NCBI GenBank assembly: GCA_951406725.2
Contig: OX597831.1
Location: 28,024,001-28,088,000 of the forward strand
Reading direction: 5' to 3'
Source of the DNA: Octopus vulgaris
Taxonomy: Eukaryota
DNA length: 64,000 nt
This document shows positions 37,080 through 50,780 of this stretch, in pieces. The translations under genes and the position numbers were made by a program. The notes under the pieces were generated by a model. The model had not been told where the DNA came from and made no database searches. It was given only the letters and a program-made list of their open reading frames with translations. Every line of letters starts with the position of its first letter. Positions within the stretch are counted from its first letter, which is position 1.

Positions 37080-37482
37080 CCTCCGCTCTCTTTCTCTCTC
37101 TTCCTCTCCCTCTCCTTTCTCTCTCACTCCTTCTGTCTCTCTCTCTCTCTCCCTCTCTCCTTCCCTGTCTCTCTCTTGCTCTCTCCCTCCCAGTCTCTCC
37201 TCCCTCTCTCTCCCTCTCTCTCCCTCCCTCTGTCTCTCTTCCTCTACCTTCTTCCCTGTCTCTCTCTTCCTCTCCCTCTCTTTCCTTCCCTCTGTCTCTC
37301 TCTCCCTCCCTCTCTCCCTTCTTGTCTCGCTTTCTCCCTCTCTCTCTCTTACTCTCCCTCTCGCTCTCTCTCTTACTCTCCCTTCTTCCCTGTCTCTCTC
37401 TTCCTCTCCCTCTCTTTCCTTCCCTCTGTCTCTCTCTCCCTCCCTTCTTGTCTCGCTTTCTCCCTCTCTCTCTCCCTCTCCC
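37080..37482. repeat. Polypyrimidine (CT-rich) tract with an internal block duplication
   Basis: CTTCCCTGTCTCTCTCTTCCTCTCCCTCTCTTTCCTTCCCTCTGTC occurs near 37251 and 37386. Confidence 0.9.
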
Positions 37483-37737
37483 ATTGCTTTGTTTGGTGTA
37501 CTCCATCAACTCAAAGTACTTCCTTTGAGAAAGACATAACCGACGAGTTTGGTTTGTTTTTGCTGTTGTTATTATTCCTCTGATTTAAATATTTTGTTGT
37601 GGTTGTTGTTATTGTTTTATCTTGTTGCAGCTGTTGTTGTTGTTGTTGTTGATGCTGCTGTTGTTTACGATACATTCGATGTGATAACATGTTTGTTTGT
37701 CTTTACATTTTCTTTTACTTTTTCCTGTAGTTAAAAG

Positions 37738-38420
37738 GTGGTGGTGGCGGCGGTAGTGGTGGTAGTGGTGGAGTTGATGACGGTGGTGGTGCAGGTGGTA
37801 GGATTATTGTTCCTCTTGGTGATGGTGGTAGTGATAGCGTTGTTATTATTGTTGGTGGTGGTGTTGCTAGAAGTGGAGGTGGTGGTGGTGCTGCTTCTTC
37901 AAGAAGAGGTAGTGGTGATGGTGATGGTGGTGGTGGTGGTGATGGTGGTGGTGGTGGTGGTAGTGGTGGTGATGGTGGTGGTGGTAGTGGTAGTGATGGT
38001 GGTGGTGGTGGTGGTGGTGGTGTGGTGGTAGTGGTAGTGATGGTGGTGGTGGTGGTGGTGGTGGTGGTGGTGGTGGTGGTGGTGGTGGTGGTGGTGGTGG
38101 TGGTGGTGGTGGTGGTGGTGGTGGTGGTGATGGTGGTGGTAGTGGTATTGATGGTGGTGGTGGTGGTGGTGATAGTGGTGGCGATGGTGATGGTGGTGGT
38201 GGTGGTGATGTGGTAGTGGTAGTGATGGTGGTGGTGATGGTGGTGGTGGTGGTGGTGGTGGTGGTGGTGGTGGTGGTGGTGGCGGTGATGGTTGTGTTGC
38301 TGGTGGTGGTGTGGTGATGATGATTATGGCTGTAGTAGTGTTATGATGGTGTTGTTGTTGTTATTGTTGTTGTTGGTGATGGTGGTGGTGGTGGTGATGG
38401 TGGTGATGGTGGTGGTGGTG
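37738..38420. repeat. (GGT)n compound microsatellite
   Basis: Seen directly. Confidence 0.95.
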
Positions 38421-38803
38421 GCATGAGTGGATTATTTGCTTGTCTCTTTGAATCATCTTGTTTTCCGAATAGAACAACCGTCACGGGTCGCCTCTTTCGC
38501 CTTCACCTCTTTGACACGCAACGCTTCCTCCTCCTCCTCCTCCTTCTCCATGTCGTCGTTGTAGGTTAAGGAAGAGGCGGAGGAGAACACGGCGTTGGCG
38601 GCTAAGAACGTTAGAGGATGTCAGTGTGTGTGTATGTATGTGTGTGAATGAGTGTGTGTGTGTGTGTGTGCCTATGTTTGTATCCATAGATACATGTATG
38701 TGTATATGCATATCTGTATATATGCACGTTATATGTATGCCTGTTATGTAAATGTATCAGCGTATTTGAACGTATTTGTGTGTGTATATCAATGTATGTA
38801 AGC

Positions 38804-38847
<44 letters not shown>

Positions 38848-40373
38848 GTATCAGCGTATTTGAACGTATTTGTGTGTGTATATCAATGTATGTAAGCATA
38901 TATATATATATATGTGTGTGTGTGTGTATATACACACATGTATGTGTATCTATTTATATCCATGTGTGCGTGTATGTATATTGACGTGTATGCCTATATG
39001 TGTATGCTTATGTATGTGTAAGTATTCGTGTATTTGTGTATGTGTGTGTATATGTGTGTGCGCGCGTAAGAATATGTGTGTGTATTTATATGTGTATGAG
39101 GGTGTGTATATTTGTATGTGTGCGTATGTATCAGGTATTACAAGAACGGTTTCACTTCTTATCAGATTCAACAAGTTGACTTTTACTAATCAGTTCACCA
39201 CTCCCCCCACCCCACCCCCACCCCGCTCATCCAAATTTTTTATCTGCAGAAGATAAAATGTTTGACCTGCCAGCAACAACGTTGAACGGGAAGAAAAAAA
39301 AAATTGGATAAACTTGGTATTATATTTCACAACACATCTCAGTAATACATGACTGTATACTTATTTACCAATCTCTCCTCGGTAGACAATAATTTGGCTC
39401 ACATGTCAAAACATACCGTCTGCTTTTACATTATTGTTAGTACAATGGACGCACTGACGAAGAGGAGAGACTCCTACGTGATCAGTCGGTCCGTTGGAAA
39501 TACGAGCCAGACAGAGCTCTCTCAAATCAAACCCAACTGTTTTAGATATGGACATATTGGCTAATGTAATCCTGGGTTCCCTGCAAATAAAGAAAAAAAA
39601 ACAACAGGATAGCTTCGGCTGGAATGTCTTTGAGTTTAGATCTGCTCGATTAGGACAGACCTGGGGCTAAAAAAACGACAACAACGCCATTCTCATATCT
39701 GTCTTCCACACGTCAGACGATAACTTCAATTTTATTTATTTATTTATTTATTTATTTCACACGACATCGAATAATTGATGATGTAGGAAATACGTGATAA
39801 ACTTTCAGACACCTTACACACTTTTCAAGCAAAATATTTGTAAAGTGTCAAAATTTTCTCTGTCGGCTGTGTTTGTTTAGTGTTGTAGTAAATGGTTTAG
39901 TATAATAAATGTAATAAATAATGTGGTAGTTGGATGATAATCTGACAGTTATAGCGAGGGGGAAAATGCCTTGAGATCTTTTAATGGTTCTGAGTTTAAA
40001 TTCTCTAGGGTTCAACTTCGCTTTTCATAATTTCGGGAATGATATAATAAAATACCAGTTCAAGGCTATGGACTGGCGAAATTATTAAACAATCTGATGG
40101 GATGCGAGGTTAATATGCAGTTTACCGCCGGAAAAAAAAAAAGAAGGTGAAAATAAATTGTCCGAAAAAATGTAAGTAAATTGCGATAGAAACCGGGAAT
40201 GATGAGTGACTTAACAAAATATGTACCCAAAAGTACGTTAGTTAAATTATTGATAGAGTCGACTGGCTTCTCTCAAAAAAGGAATTGGTTCGTATAGTCC
40301 AAATGAATCCACGGGAACAATGTTACCGGTTCCTGTCAGTACATTCTCTAAGCTCATTAATCATGCAGGATTA

Positions 40374-40564
40374 CGAGGGAGTGCTGAAAGATCCTGGCTT
40401 TGGGTAAAATAAAATACACGAGGATCAGTTAATTATGATTTTATTCAACATATTGCAGCGATTCTTCAGTTTTTCTAAGCTCTGTAAAAGAGCTCGGAAA
40501 GTTGGGCCTCCAACCAAGCCTTTCGCGACACCTTTAAAGCCAGAAACTTTTCAGTAACCCGTCG
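40374..40564. mobile_element. Mariner-derived MITE
   Basis: TA|CGAGGGAGTGCTGAAAGATCCTGGCTTT and AAAGCCAGAAACTTTTCAGTAACCCGTCG|TA inverted termini. Confidence 0.75.
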
Positions 40565-41177
40565 TATTGCATTGCTCACATGTAAGTGTGTTTGCTTATC
40601 ATGAGTCAACACGCAAGCCACCGAATTGCCTTCTCGGTAGTGTTCGTTGTTGGGTATATAGTACGCTGGAACGATGTACCTCATCAGCTATTTCTGAAAT
40701 ATTTAACACATTAATAGAAGGTGCAACACATGTAGGTGCTCGTTGACGTGATACAAAGAGGGAATTCTTTATATTATCTTATGAAATTATGGTATGTCAC
40801 TATCGTCATTTCCTGTTTCTGTCGCAATTTACTTTTTTTTTTTCCTGAGAATTTACTTTCAATTTTTTACGACGGTAAACTGCATGGTAACCGAAATGCT
40901 TTGCGGTGCTTCTTTTACCTTTGTGCATCCTGAATTCTTAGATAGTCAACATAATAATCTATCATCTGGTTTAACGTCACCTCATGATCTTTGAATGTCT
41001 TTAGTAGGGGACCAACTCTTTTGGAAGCATTCATGCGAGGTCTCCGGTTTAAGGGTAACCTTCCAGTTTCCTCTACCCGACTTCAGAGACCATGAAAAAA
41101 AATAAAGGATTGTAGGCGCTGTCCCTACTTTTCTGACAAAATTGTAAAAAGAAATAAATAATAATAACGACGTCCAC

Positions 41178-41311
41178 AGCTGTGTGGTTAAAAAGCTTGC
41201 TTTGCAAATACGTAGTTTGGGGTTCAGTCCCACTGCGCAGCACCTTGAGCAATGTCTTGTGAATGAATTTGGTAGACGGAAAATGTGTAGAGGCCCGTCG
41301 TATATATACAT

Positions 41312-41366
<55 letters not shown>

Positions 41367-41580
41367 AGTCCACATACCCCAGCGCTTGACAACCGGTGTT
41401 GGTTTGCTTATGTCCCCCGAAACTTAGCTGCTCGGCAAAAGACACCGATAGAATAAACACCAGATTTGAAAAAAATATAACATACTAAGTACTAGGGTCG
41501 GTTTGTTCGACTAATACCCACCGCAAGGTGGTGCCCCAGCATGGCCGCAGTCCACTGACTGAAACGATTAAAAGATAAAT
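41178..41580 (+). mobile_element. Family C SINE
   Basis: Family homology, central (GT)n. Confidence 0.8.
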
Positions 41581-43004
41581 GACAAAAGATAATGTCTAAA
41601 TATGTTACAGCGACCAGCCGTGGGGCAAAAAGGCTAGTGTGGTTTAATTTGACCATATTATGAATTCTAATGAAAAACAAGCAATTAGTTTGTTTTGTAA
41701 ACTGTTAATTTTTATCTCTAATGGAAATTGCTATTTATTTTAGTACATCAATTAACTCTTTTAGACCTAAATTATTTCATTATTTAGAAAATTATTTTTG
41801 TGATTCAAAATAGTTCATGCAGTAAATTGTTATAACAGCTATATAAATCATTTGGCTTTATAGTCTCTGAATATCATCGAACTGCTATCGATCTGGAATC
41901 ACAGATAACACTAGAGAAATGGCAGATGAGACTGCAAGGAACTATATGCGAAAAAAAAATCCATCCATCCAACCATCCATTTTCTCAACCTGGAAAGGTC
42001 GCGGGTATAGAGTCCTTGGGCATCTCCTCCATAGAGTCCTTTAAGAAGCAATTGTCATTACACTTTTCGGCTGGATTCCTAAGCGTGATCGGTTGAGGTT
42101 GTGTAATACGAATTTTGTCCTCGGGTAGCAACTATTATTTTCTATTTGCTTACCCCTAGAAAGTATGAAGAATGGCTAATATTTCCTTCAAAGTTTGCTT
42201 ATTTTACATTTATTCAAACCCCAAAGAATTTCTCTCAACACATGGCTATGATGCTCCCCACTACTCCTGCACATGATCAGAGATGCACATATTGTCAGCC
42301 ATTACGAGACAACTCAAGTGGTTAACGTCAAGCAACCGACAAGCAAATCTGTAGTACCGAGCAGAATATTTACTATTATGATGTTTCTACATCTGCAACT
42401 CAGCAAAGAAACAGTCTGAGATGTAAGCGAATATAGCTCCGTTTCAAAACATTGATATCCAGGTCACAAAAGTAGAGTTTGAAGGGAATAGTAGTCATTC
42501 CCTATGATTTCTAGATAAAAACAAATAGGAAATAACACTCAAACACCAAAGACAAAAATATATAAAACCTTTGTTACACAGTATTAAGGATATTTATTCA
42601 CCCATCTCATTATTGGTCTACTCCTTAGTAAACCCAGCTGGTTCGGTTTGCAGAATCCATCTTGAGGTTCTTTCCTGCAACATTCTAATCACATATCCGG
42701 AGTATTGGAACTATGATCTCTCAATGTAGAGAAGCAGTGACTCGTTCTGGAGAGACTCGCTGATCATAAATGCGTAATGAAATTATTGAATGACTGCAGT
42801 TCCTTTGTCGACAAAGATAACCATCCAAAGAAATGTTGAAGAAGTTTAGTTCGTACGACTAAGAGGCATGGAAATAATTCCGATCTTGTGGAAAAGATCA
42901 ACGAAGCTGAAACAAATAAATTATTATGCCTGAGCTACGACATACGAAATGTGATGCAGCCGTAAAGTTTTTGATCAACTATGGCTGAAATTTATCTTTA
43001 TCTT

Positions 43005-43408
43005 TTAGCTTTTATTTGGTTCAGCCATTTGACTGCGGTCATGCTGGGGCAACACTTTAAAGAGTTTAGTTGAACAAATCAATCCCAATACTTTTTTCTA
43101 AGTTTGATACTGTATCGTTTCTTTTTGCCAAACTGCCAAGTCACGAGGACGTAAACAAACCAGTACCGGTTACCAGGCGATGATGGCAGACAAAAACAAA
43201 GATACATATATGCATACATACACACATATACGATGGGCTTCTTTCAATTTCCGGCCACCAAATCCTCTCGCAAGGCTTTGGTCGGCCCAGGTCTATAGGA
43301 CAAAACAGTTGGCCAAGGTACCAGGCAGTGGGACTGAACCCGGAACCAAGTTTTTGGGACCATGTTTTTGAGAAGCAAACTTCGCACCACGCAACCATTC
43401 ATGCGCCT
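43005..43408 (-). mobile_element. Family C SINE (older)
   Basis: Family homology. Confidence 0.75.
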
Positions 43409-44098
43409 TGCACAAGTTAATACAACAAAGAGTGATGAAATAATTGCGATCTTCTGGAATGGGTCAACGAAGCTAACACAGATAAGTTAATAAATGCTTG
43501 AGCTACGTACGAAATACAAAATTAGTTCTGTTCTCAGATAGCAAACATCGTTAAGAAAACAGGTTTTATTTGGTGGCGCAGGGACATAGGTTTTGATCCG
43601 TTATTGCTGAGAAATATATCGATGTGTCTAATAAACATGGTTCAAATATAAAAAGAGCAAATGGCAGAGACAGATGAGGGAACAACAAACAAGGTGTAGT
43701 GATCTGACGCTTAGGAAAAATGGAAAAGTTTTTAACGATTCGAGCCTACACCCTTTGATAGCAAGGAATGAGGAAAGAAAACAGTGAGAAAGTAAAAAGC
43801 GGAGAGAGGGGAAAACGTGTCTGGATTAACGGTAGTTTACCCTATGTCTTCGCTGGTAACGAATGAGAAATTTCTGGATCTTTATTGCTTGTCATACATA
43901 AAACATCAACAATATTTTACAGTAATCATCGATACCCTCCCAAATCAACGACCACGTTTATACAATTGTAGATGAGGAGGATGTTATGACGAAGTGAGCA
44001 ACATTTGAGACAAAACTCTGGAATGGCCAATTACAGGCCTACCTCAAACTACTTTGGTAATTGGCTCGAAGACACGCGACTTAACTCGAAAAACGACG

Positions 44099-44264
<166 letters not shown>

Positions 44265-44266
44265 AC

Positions 44267-44337
44267 GGGCATATGGCGTAGTGGTTAAAAGCGCGGGCTA
44301 CTAACCCCAAGATTCCGAGTTCGATTCCAGGCAGTGA

Positions 44338-44368
<31 letters not shown>

Positions 44369-44369
44369 G

Positions 44370-44403
<34 letters not shown>

Positions 44404-44530
44404 CAACAACATCGAAAAATACCTTAGGAATGAGAACCCAGGTTCGAAATTTCTCCAATACACCTGATGAAGGGTGAAGGGTATTTCAACCGAAACGTTG
44501 TGTTAACAACAAAAAAGATTAGGGCAAATA
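44267..44530 (+). mobile_element. tRNA-headed SINE-like element: tRNA-like head, (AAT)n linker, hammerhead-bearing tail
   Basis: A box TGGCGTAGTGG, GGG-CTACTAA-CCC anticodon-like arm, B box GAGTTCGATTC, unpaired acceptor stem; (AAT)n 44342-44400; hammerhead at 44460-44503. Confidence 0.65.
44460..44503 (+). ncRNA. Minimal Penelope-type hammerhead motif
   Basis: ACAC-CTGATGA-A-GGGTGA...TCAACC-GAAA-CG-TT-GTGT; stem II has one mismatch; stem III reduced to palindromic ACGT. Confidence 0.6.
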
Positions 44531-45140
44531 TCCGTCAAAAGTAAATAATGTAGATAACGTACTTAATAATTATCATTAACGTGATTTTTATCCTAATTTT
44601 ATGAATATATATATATAATGCTTTTAAATATGTTCGCTGAGACCGATGCAAAGTCGGATAAATCCACTAATATTGAATTTTATTTTTCATTTTTTTTATA
44701 TAAAAGCGATGAAAAGTTGAAAGGAATTCGAAATGACGTAAGTTGAGATATGCCTGTGTTTAGAAAACTTCCAATCGTAGACATGAGCAACAGACTGCAA
44801 AAGCACATCCTTTAAGTCTGAACATATAGGAAATTACAATACAGTGCATGATAACAACGACGTAGCGTTGGGATGTGCAGATCGCTTAGAGTACTTCTTC
44901 ATATATGTATTTGATGTGATCGAAGGTATGTTACGTTTAGGGAATGGGAACGGCCTAATATCACACAACACCTGGATAACATTTGACCTCAAATGGATTT
45001 GTTCTTTAACTAAGTATTTATCAAAAAGCGAAAATTTATTTTGTAAGGTGGAAAAAAAGGATAAAATCTGAAAGGAAAATGATGCCTGGTTATATCTGTA
45101 AAGACAAGGATAAATATGGGTTCATCAAGAATCTAAATTC

Positions 45141-45443
45141 AGAAAACTGAAAATGGAGAAGTATTGATTGACAACAATTGACTTGCATCAATTGTTATTT
45201 ATTAATTCAAAGCAAATAGACGGCATCCATCTAACAGCTGTTTCTGCTTTCAATGTTATATGGTATTGCCATTGACATTCAAAATATTTTACATATTTAC
45301 ATATTTTTACATATTAATATTTTTACATATTTTGAATATCAATGGCAATAACATATAGGATGCAGTCTATTTGCATTGAATTAATGAATACTAATTGATG
45401 TAAGTCAATTGTTATAAATGAATACTTCTCCATTTTGTTTTCT
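45141..45443. repeat. About 300-bp imperfect inverted repeat
   Basis: AAAATGGAGAAGTATT...GCAAATAGAC.GCATCC at left mirrors GGATGC.GTCTATTTGC...AATACTTCTCCATTTT at right. Confidence 0.85.
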
Positions 45444-45444
45444 T

Positions 45445-45527
<83 letters not shown>

Positions 45528-45738
45528 CCTTGTGTTATTTGTCCTGTACTCTATTTTTTTGTTGTTTAAAAAAATGTCCAGTTCCTTTGGTTTGTGTCTG
45601 TTTTCGTTTCTCATTGTGTTCGACGTTTTTTTTGGTGTCCTGTACTCATATATGCGTGAATATATACATGTAGAGGTAGGTACATACATATATGTATATA
45701 TATATATATATGCATATGTTTTATTTATTAATATATTA

Positions 45739-45778
<40 letters not shown>

Positions 45779-45795
45779 TATTTATTAATATATTA

Positions 45796-45843
<48 letters not shown>

Positions 45844-46803
45844 TACATACATACATATACATACACGCACGCACATACATACACACATTTATTATTACAA
45901 AATGGTATGCAGTAGGGAGTGAGTATGATCTTTGTTGGTATGGTGACAACTTTTATTTAGATACATATATGGTAGAGTTTTACCTATGTAATAAAGCGAA
46001 ACTGAAAGAACTTCGACTATCCGAGCGAGAGCGAACAAAAACTTTCCCTCTCACGGGAGTGGTTAAATTTAAAAGTCAACAAGGGAAGTAAGTCTAATAA
46101 GATCAGTTGATTGAAATAATCCTTTCTAATATAGACTCAAGATCTGAAATTTGGGTGGAGGGGGTGTTCAACTGACTACATTGACCTCAGTGCATAACTG
46201 GTACTTATATTATCGAGCCCGAAATTGATGAAAGACAAAGATGACCTCGGCGGAATTTGAACTCTCCCATGAATGTAATATAGTGAGTTGAACTAATTTG
46301 ATTCATTAAGATAATCCAAGAAATAAGTAGGTAAAAACTCCCTCAAAAGTTTTTAACTACTGACTTTTCAGACATAACGTATATATAGGAAGACATTATC
46401 TGTTAACTTCTTCCTTTTTTTTAAAAAAAAAAGACAATAGAGTGACATATAGAAGAGGGATTATATTTAATTGCTATTTCTTGCAGGTTCAACGACCACA
46501 TAGAATCCTTTCTGCCTTTCATTGTTGCTTATGGTTGTGACAGGCTTCTTCCAGCTGTTTTGTTTGTTTTTTTTTTCTTTCTTACTTTGTTTCACTCAGA
46601 ATGACTTCCACATTCTTCTTGCGATACATACATACATACATATATATATATATATATGCGTGTGTGTATATATATATTTTTTTATACCATGTGTTTTTTG
46701 TTCTACATCATCCCTCTAGTACCACCGCGTAGGTACATTAGGAAACTATATTGTATTACAACGATTACAAAGATCTGTTGAACTTAATGACATCTTCCAA
46801 AAC

Positions 46804-46846
<43 letters not shown>

Positions 46847-47052
46847 CCTCTCGCTCGCTCTACTTACTCTCTCTCTCTCTCTACTACCCATCCTTCCAAC
46901 AATCTCCAAATGTCTCTCCCACCTCTCTACCCTCCACTTCTATTTTGCTTTCTATTTCCTATCTACCTCTCACTTCCTCTTACATTCTACTTACCTCTAT
47001 GTCATCCCCTCCTGTCTCTCCCTCTCTCTCTATATATATATCGATATTCATT

Positions 47053-47088
<36 letters not shown>

Positions 47089-47576
47089 ATTCTGTCTCTA
47101 TCTCTCCTCCCCTTCTCGACTCACATTCTACGTCTGTCTCTCCCATCCCTGCGCATTACCTTTCACCCCCACCCTCCTTTCCTACATCAAACTATAACCA
47201 TCCTCCAGCCACCACCACCACTTCTTTGTCTTTCTATCTATCTCTTTCGTCTTCCTTTCACTCTCTATTCCATCTGTCTCTTTCCCACATTCCCCCCCCT
47301 CACATCTAACTATCTGCTTCACTGTCTTCTCTTCCTCTCTCTCTCTCTCTCTCATCCATGTTTGTTGTCTTTCTCTCTACGGTCGTCTGACTCACTGGAC
47401 CCTTTCAATCAGACATTCCTTCATAAAAACCAATAAACTTCAGGGTTTCCTTTTTAATCTTTTTGGTTTTTCATTTATTCTTTTACGCTTTCTTCCATTC
47501 CTTTCTTTCTCACCTACTTTTCCCTGCCATTCTTCTGTTTTTCCCCTCGTTGACGTTCTCTCTCTTCTTCTTTCAT

Positions 47577-47613
<37 letters not shown>

Positions 47614-47710
47614 TGACTACACGCGCGCGCGCAATCATGCACGGAACCACACAAACATGTACTAAGCAGTTCATTTTTATGCAAGTACAAACTCGTGCAC
47701 AAACATACGT

Positions 47711-47772
<62 letters not shown>

Positions 47773-47932
47773 GTACAGGTTCAGGAACAAACACAGACAC
47801 ACACACACACACACACAGAGTCCAGTCATGTTGGAGGGTCAAATGCAGTGGATGTGTAGAACCGTTTAGTTACGATGCTTTTACGTTATTGAGTTCAATG
47901 CCTAACAAAAAATTATCAGAAATATTTTTTAA

Positions 47933-48090
47933 GCGCAGGAGTGGCTGTGTGGTTACCAACCACATGGTTCCGGGTTCAGTCTCACTGCGTGGCACCTTGG
48001 GCAAGTGTCTTCTACTATAGCCTCGGGTCAACCAAAGCCTTGTGAGTGGATTTGGTGGACGGAAACTGAAAGAAGCCCGTCGTATATATG

Positions 48091-48129
<39 letters not shown>

Positions 48130-48330
48130 TTGTGTGTCTGTGTTTGTCCCCCTAACATCACTTGACAACCGATGCTGGTGTGTTTACGTCCCCGTAACTT
48201 AGCGGTTCAGCAAAAGAGACCGATAGAATAAGTACTAGGCTTACAAAGAATAAGTCTTGAGGTCGATTTGCTCGACTAAAGGCGGTGCTCCAGCATGGCC
48301 ACAGTGAAATGACTGAAACAAGTAAAAGAG
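47933..48330 (+). mobile_element. Family C SINE, near full length
   Basis: Head, CCTTGGGCAAGTGTCTT block, (TA)(GT) centre, tail ending GACTGAAACAAGTAAAAGA. Confidence 0.88.
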
Positions 48331-49739
48331 AGAAAGAGAAAGAAGAATGTGATCTGCCACTTAACTCCTGTCTCACGCGGCCCACTGCTCGATAAAGGTT
48401 GCCCATGTCTGCCTTAAAGACTGACCTTCCTATTCAGGACTAGAAAATACTTACACTCTCCCAACCCATTAATGACTAATAACTCCCAAGGCCGGATTAG
48501 ACCCATAACCATAAAATATTTTGGTGCCCCTTTATATATATGTAATTCAAAATATAAACAATAAGCCGTAACATTTTGTTTTTCAAAATGAAACAAAACT
48601 AACAGTAAGATGGAAAATAATGTTCATTTTTGTATACTTCCACTTTATATCTGAAAAGTTTTCTCCTATTTTTTTATATGCGAAGTCCTCACTACAACAC
48701 CAGATCCTCACTATGATACCATGAACACTTCGAAATTATATTTCCGATCATATAAATCACTTCGAATATTATTTTAGCAAGTCTAAAGTGATTTCTTTTG
48801 TGCCCTAAACCATTTACTATTTCTGTGGAGCCTCGCTTCCCTTGATGCCCTAAGTACATGCTTATTTTGCTCAATGATTAATCCATCGCAGCTAAACCTC
48901 AACAAAACTTAAATAGGACCCACACTAGAGTAATTCTCCTACATCTGGTATGATGACACTGATCTTAGACACACACAAATACCATGGACTACATCCAAAA
49001 GAAGGTCATCCCAGCTGATTCACATGAAATCACCTACCAACACGCTCCAACTCCGGGTCACCGACAAGTTAGTCTCCTCTCTCTGATTTTTACCACTATT
49101 ACAATGGCCTCTATTCTGAGAAACAAACTGGTATCATGTCACCTCCACTCAAGCAATTCTGACATGCTCGTCTCTTGTCTACCTATCCTCACCCCTATTA
49201 TGTCCACTATCCCCCAGACCCTGCATTTTTCATTACATCCAGTCCTTTCTTCCCAAGACGTCTGTTTTGCTTGAAATCCTTCTTTGCTCATATTTTTTGC
49301 TGCGACCTACATCTTAGTAATCCTTAACTACATTAATCCCATTGGTCACGGAGGATATCAAAGCCAGGGGTATCATACCCTTTCTTCCTCACCAATACAA
49401 CAATAAAATGAATAAAATGTGACCTCCACTTCTTTAGATTCACTGATACAACTAACCACACACCTTTCTCACTAAATGTGTAGTCCGGGCCAATGGCGAA
49501 CCGTGCGTACGGTCGTTGGATCTGTTATAAATAAGAACCAAGTCTTCCTCAAATCACATCCTAGCACGTTATAAGAAAACACATTAGGTAATGTACCAGG
49601 CGCACTGTGCCATTTTTCATTTTACCCCATTTTGGGGGTTTTTTTTATATTCACAAATTGTTTCATTCAAATTACAAATTCACAATGCCCCAACATAGCC
49701 ACAATTCGCAGACTGGAAGAGGTAAAATTAATTTTAAAA

Positions 49740-49806
<67 letters not shown>

Positions 49807-50384
49807 TGCTTCTAGAGTATCTTTCTTTAAAATGCAGAAACTTCCACGCACAGCCGGGATACTGAGACGAGACTTAGCTATGACAATTTATCACTAAATC
49901 CAAAACATTTCTAAGATGAACTCGAAAATAGGGGAAATCAATTTATTTTGCAACTGGATACGCAGAATAATTAATGACTGCTTATTTAGCTACAACTTTT
50001 TATATCTAGGGTTCAAATCCCGAGAGATCAATTTCGTTTTCATTCTTCCAGGATCGATATAATACTATACCAATCAAGTATTAGATGCGATTCGTAAAAT
50101 ATGAATACGTCCAAGTTATATGAACGGAATTAAATTGAAAATGTATCGATCGCTTGCATCCAGAAGTGTAAAACGTGGTAAAGAGCATTTCTGAACAATA
50201 CATTCGATCTACGAATTTAAGACAGGCCCCCAAGATACAGACCTAAAGGTCAGGAATACTGTTGGGTAATATGCGGCCCAGTTTGATAAAAAATTTATTC
50301 AAATCTTATTTCATTTCTGAGGTAATTGCTTGTGTCATAATGACTTGGATTATTTTGAGATCGGAATAAGATTTTTATCTTTTA

Positions 50385-50575
50385 TTTTTTACTTGTTTTA
50401 GTCATCGGACTGCGGCCATGCTGGGGCACTGCCCTGAAGGACTTTAACAGAACAAATCGACCCTAGTACTTATTCTAACGGTCTCTTTAGGGGTGGGGGC
50501 ATAAGCAAAACAAGACCCGTTGTCAAGCGGTGGAGACAAACACGAAAACACACGTGTGCCTGTGTGTGTGTACAT

Positions 50576-50624
<49 letters not shown>

Positions 50625-50780
50625 CGGTAGGCTTCTTTCAGTTTCCGTTCACCAAATCCATTGACAAGGCTTTGTTCGACTTGTCAACCCGGGACTATAG
50701 TAGAGATACTTGCCCAAGGTGCCACACTGTGAGACTGAACGTGAAACCGTGTAGTTGGAAAGCAAACTTACCACACAGAC
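50385..50780 (-). mobile_element. Family C SINE (older)
   Basis: Family homology. Confidence 0.7.

Noticed and set aside
38746-38910. Short local duplications (also 33870-34140 and 42870/43437)
   Set aside because: Ordinary slippage or old tandem duplications with no further structure.
44267-44339. Functional tRNA gene
   Set aside because: Acceptor and T stems do not pair properly; treated as a SINE head. The same applies to the family A and D heads.
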